From: a virus | DNA length: 64,000 nucleotides | Direction: 5' to 3' (one strand) | IMG/VR virus record: IMGVR_UViG_3300010389_000010 | Coordinates: 2,953-66,952 of that record | Shown: positions 63,827 through 64,000 of the stretch, piece after piece | How the letters are laid out: every line of letters starts with the position of its first letter | Position numbering within the stretch: position 1 is the stretch's first letter | Translations under genes and position numbers: made by a program | The notes under the pieces: generated by a model | Seen by the model: only the letters and a program-made list of their open reading frames with translations | Database searches by the model: none | What the model was told of the DNA's origin: nothing

Positions 63827-64000
63827 ATACGGGGCGGGGTCTGTTTTATGCTTTTATATCAATGATTTAGTGGCAATCTATGCCGACAATGCCGCGATTG
63901 GCCTATATATCCCTATCGATGCAAGGCTAAGCCGTGCCGATTGCTTGCCGTTCTGGTCAACCTATTGAGCCAAGGCAAGGCAAGGCCATGCCATGCCAAT

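Larger units (their letters stand above)
1..64000. mobile_element. Temperate myovirus-type phage genome (lambda-like head, P2-like contractile tail), alphaproteobacterial host inferred
   Basis: Terminase, portal, capsid, sheath, tube, tape measure, baseplate, lysis, cI/cro, integrase and attP are all present. GcrA-like and GapR-like genes and the tRNA-Pro type point to Alphaproteobacteria. No host housekeeping flanks are seen. Confidence 0.95.

Overview
The window is essentially one temperate tailed phage of an alphaproteobacterial host, most likely in its excised/virion form because attP is intact and internal. There are five blocks. (1) 1-12620 (+): an accessory/host-takeover arm divided by ten copies of a conserved leader motif. 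It carries a DUF3150-like gene, a MoxR-type AAA+ ATPase, an HExxH metallopeptidase-vWA gene, a beta-clamp (dnaN), a DUF4942 methyltransferase and many small ORFs. (2) 12574-20146 (-): replication and regulation (DnaB-like helicase, CHC2-Toprim primase, RuvC-like, MTase, GcrA-like, LexA-DBD, Cro-like). (3) A cI immunity region with 17-bp operators. (4) 21748-35410 (+): recombination and integration (RecE-like, ExoX-like, J-domain, GHKL, Ntn hydrolase, Xis/Int, attP in the 3' part of tRNA-Pro(GGG), C5 MTase). (5) 35470-63706 (-): late genes with a lambda-like head (GpA terminase, portal, fused protease-capsid), a P2-like contractile tail and lysis genes. The best candidate for an undescribed system is in block 1. 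Five otherwise unrelated small proteins share a C-terminal peptide L-x5-A-x5-[RK]-M, with weaker versions in up to three more. Their genes are interleaved with, and mostly translationally coupled to, the DUF3150/AAA+/metallopeptidase-vWA genes, which suggests a tag-recognising protein-processing or delivery machine. All family assignments come from motif recognition by eye; no database search was run.
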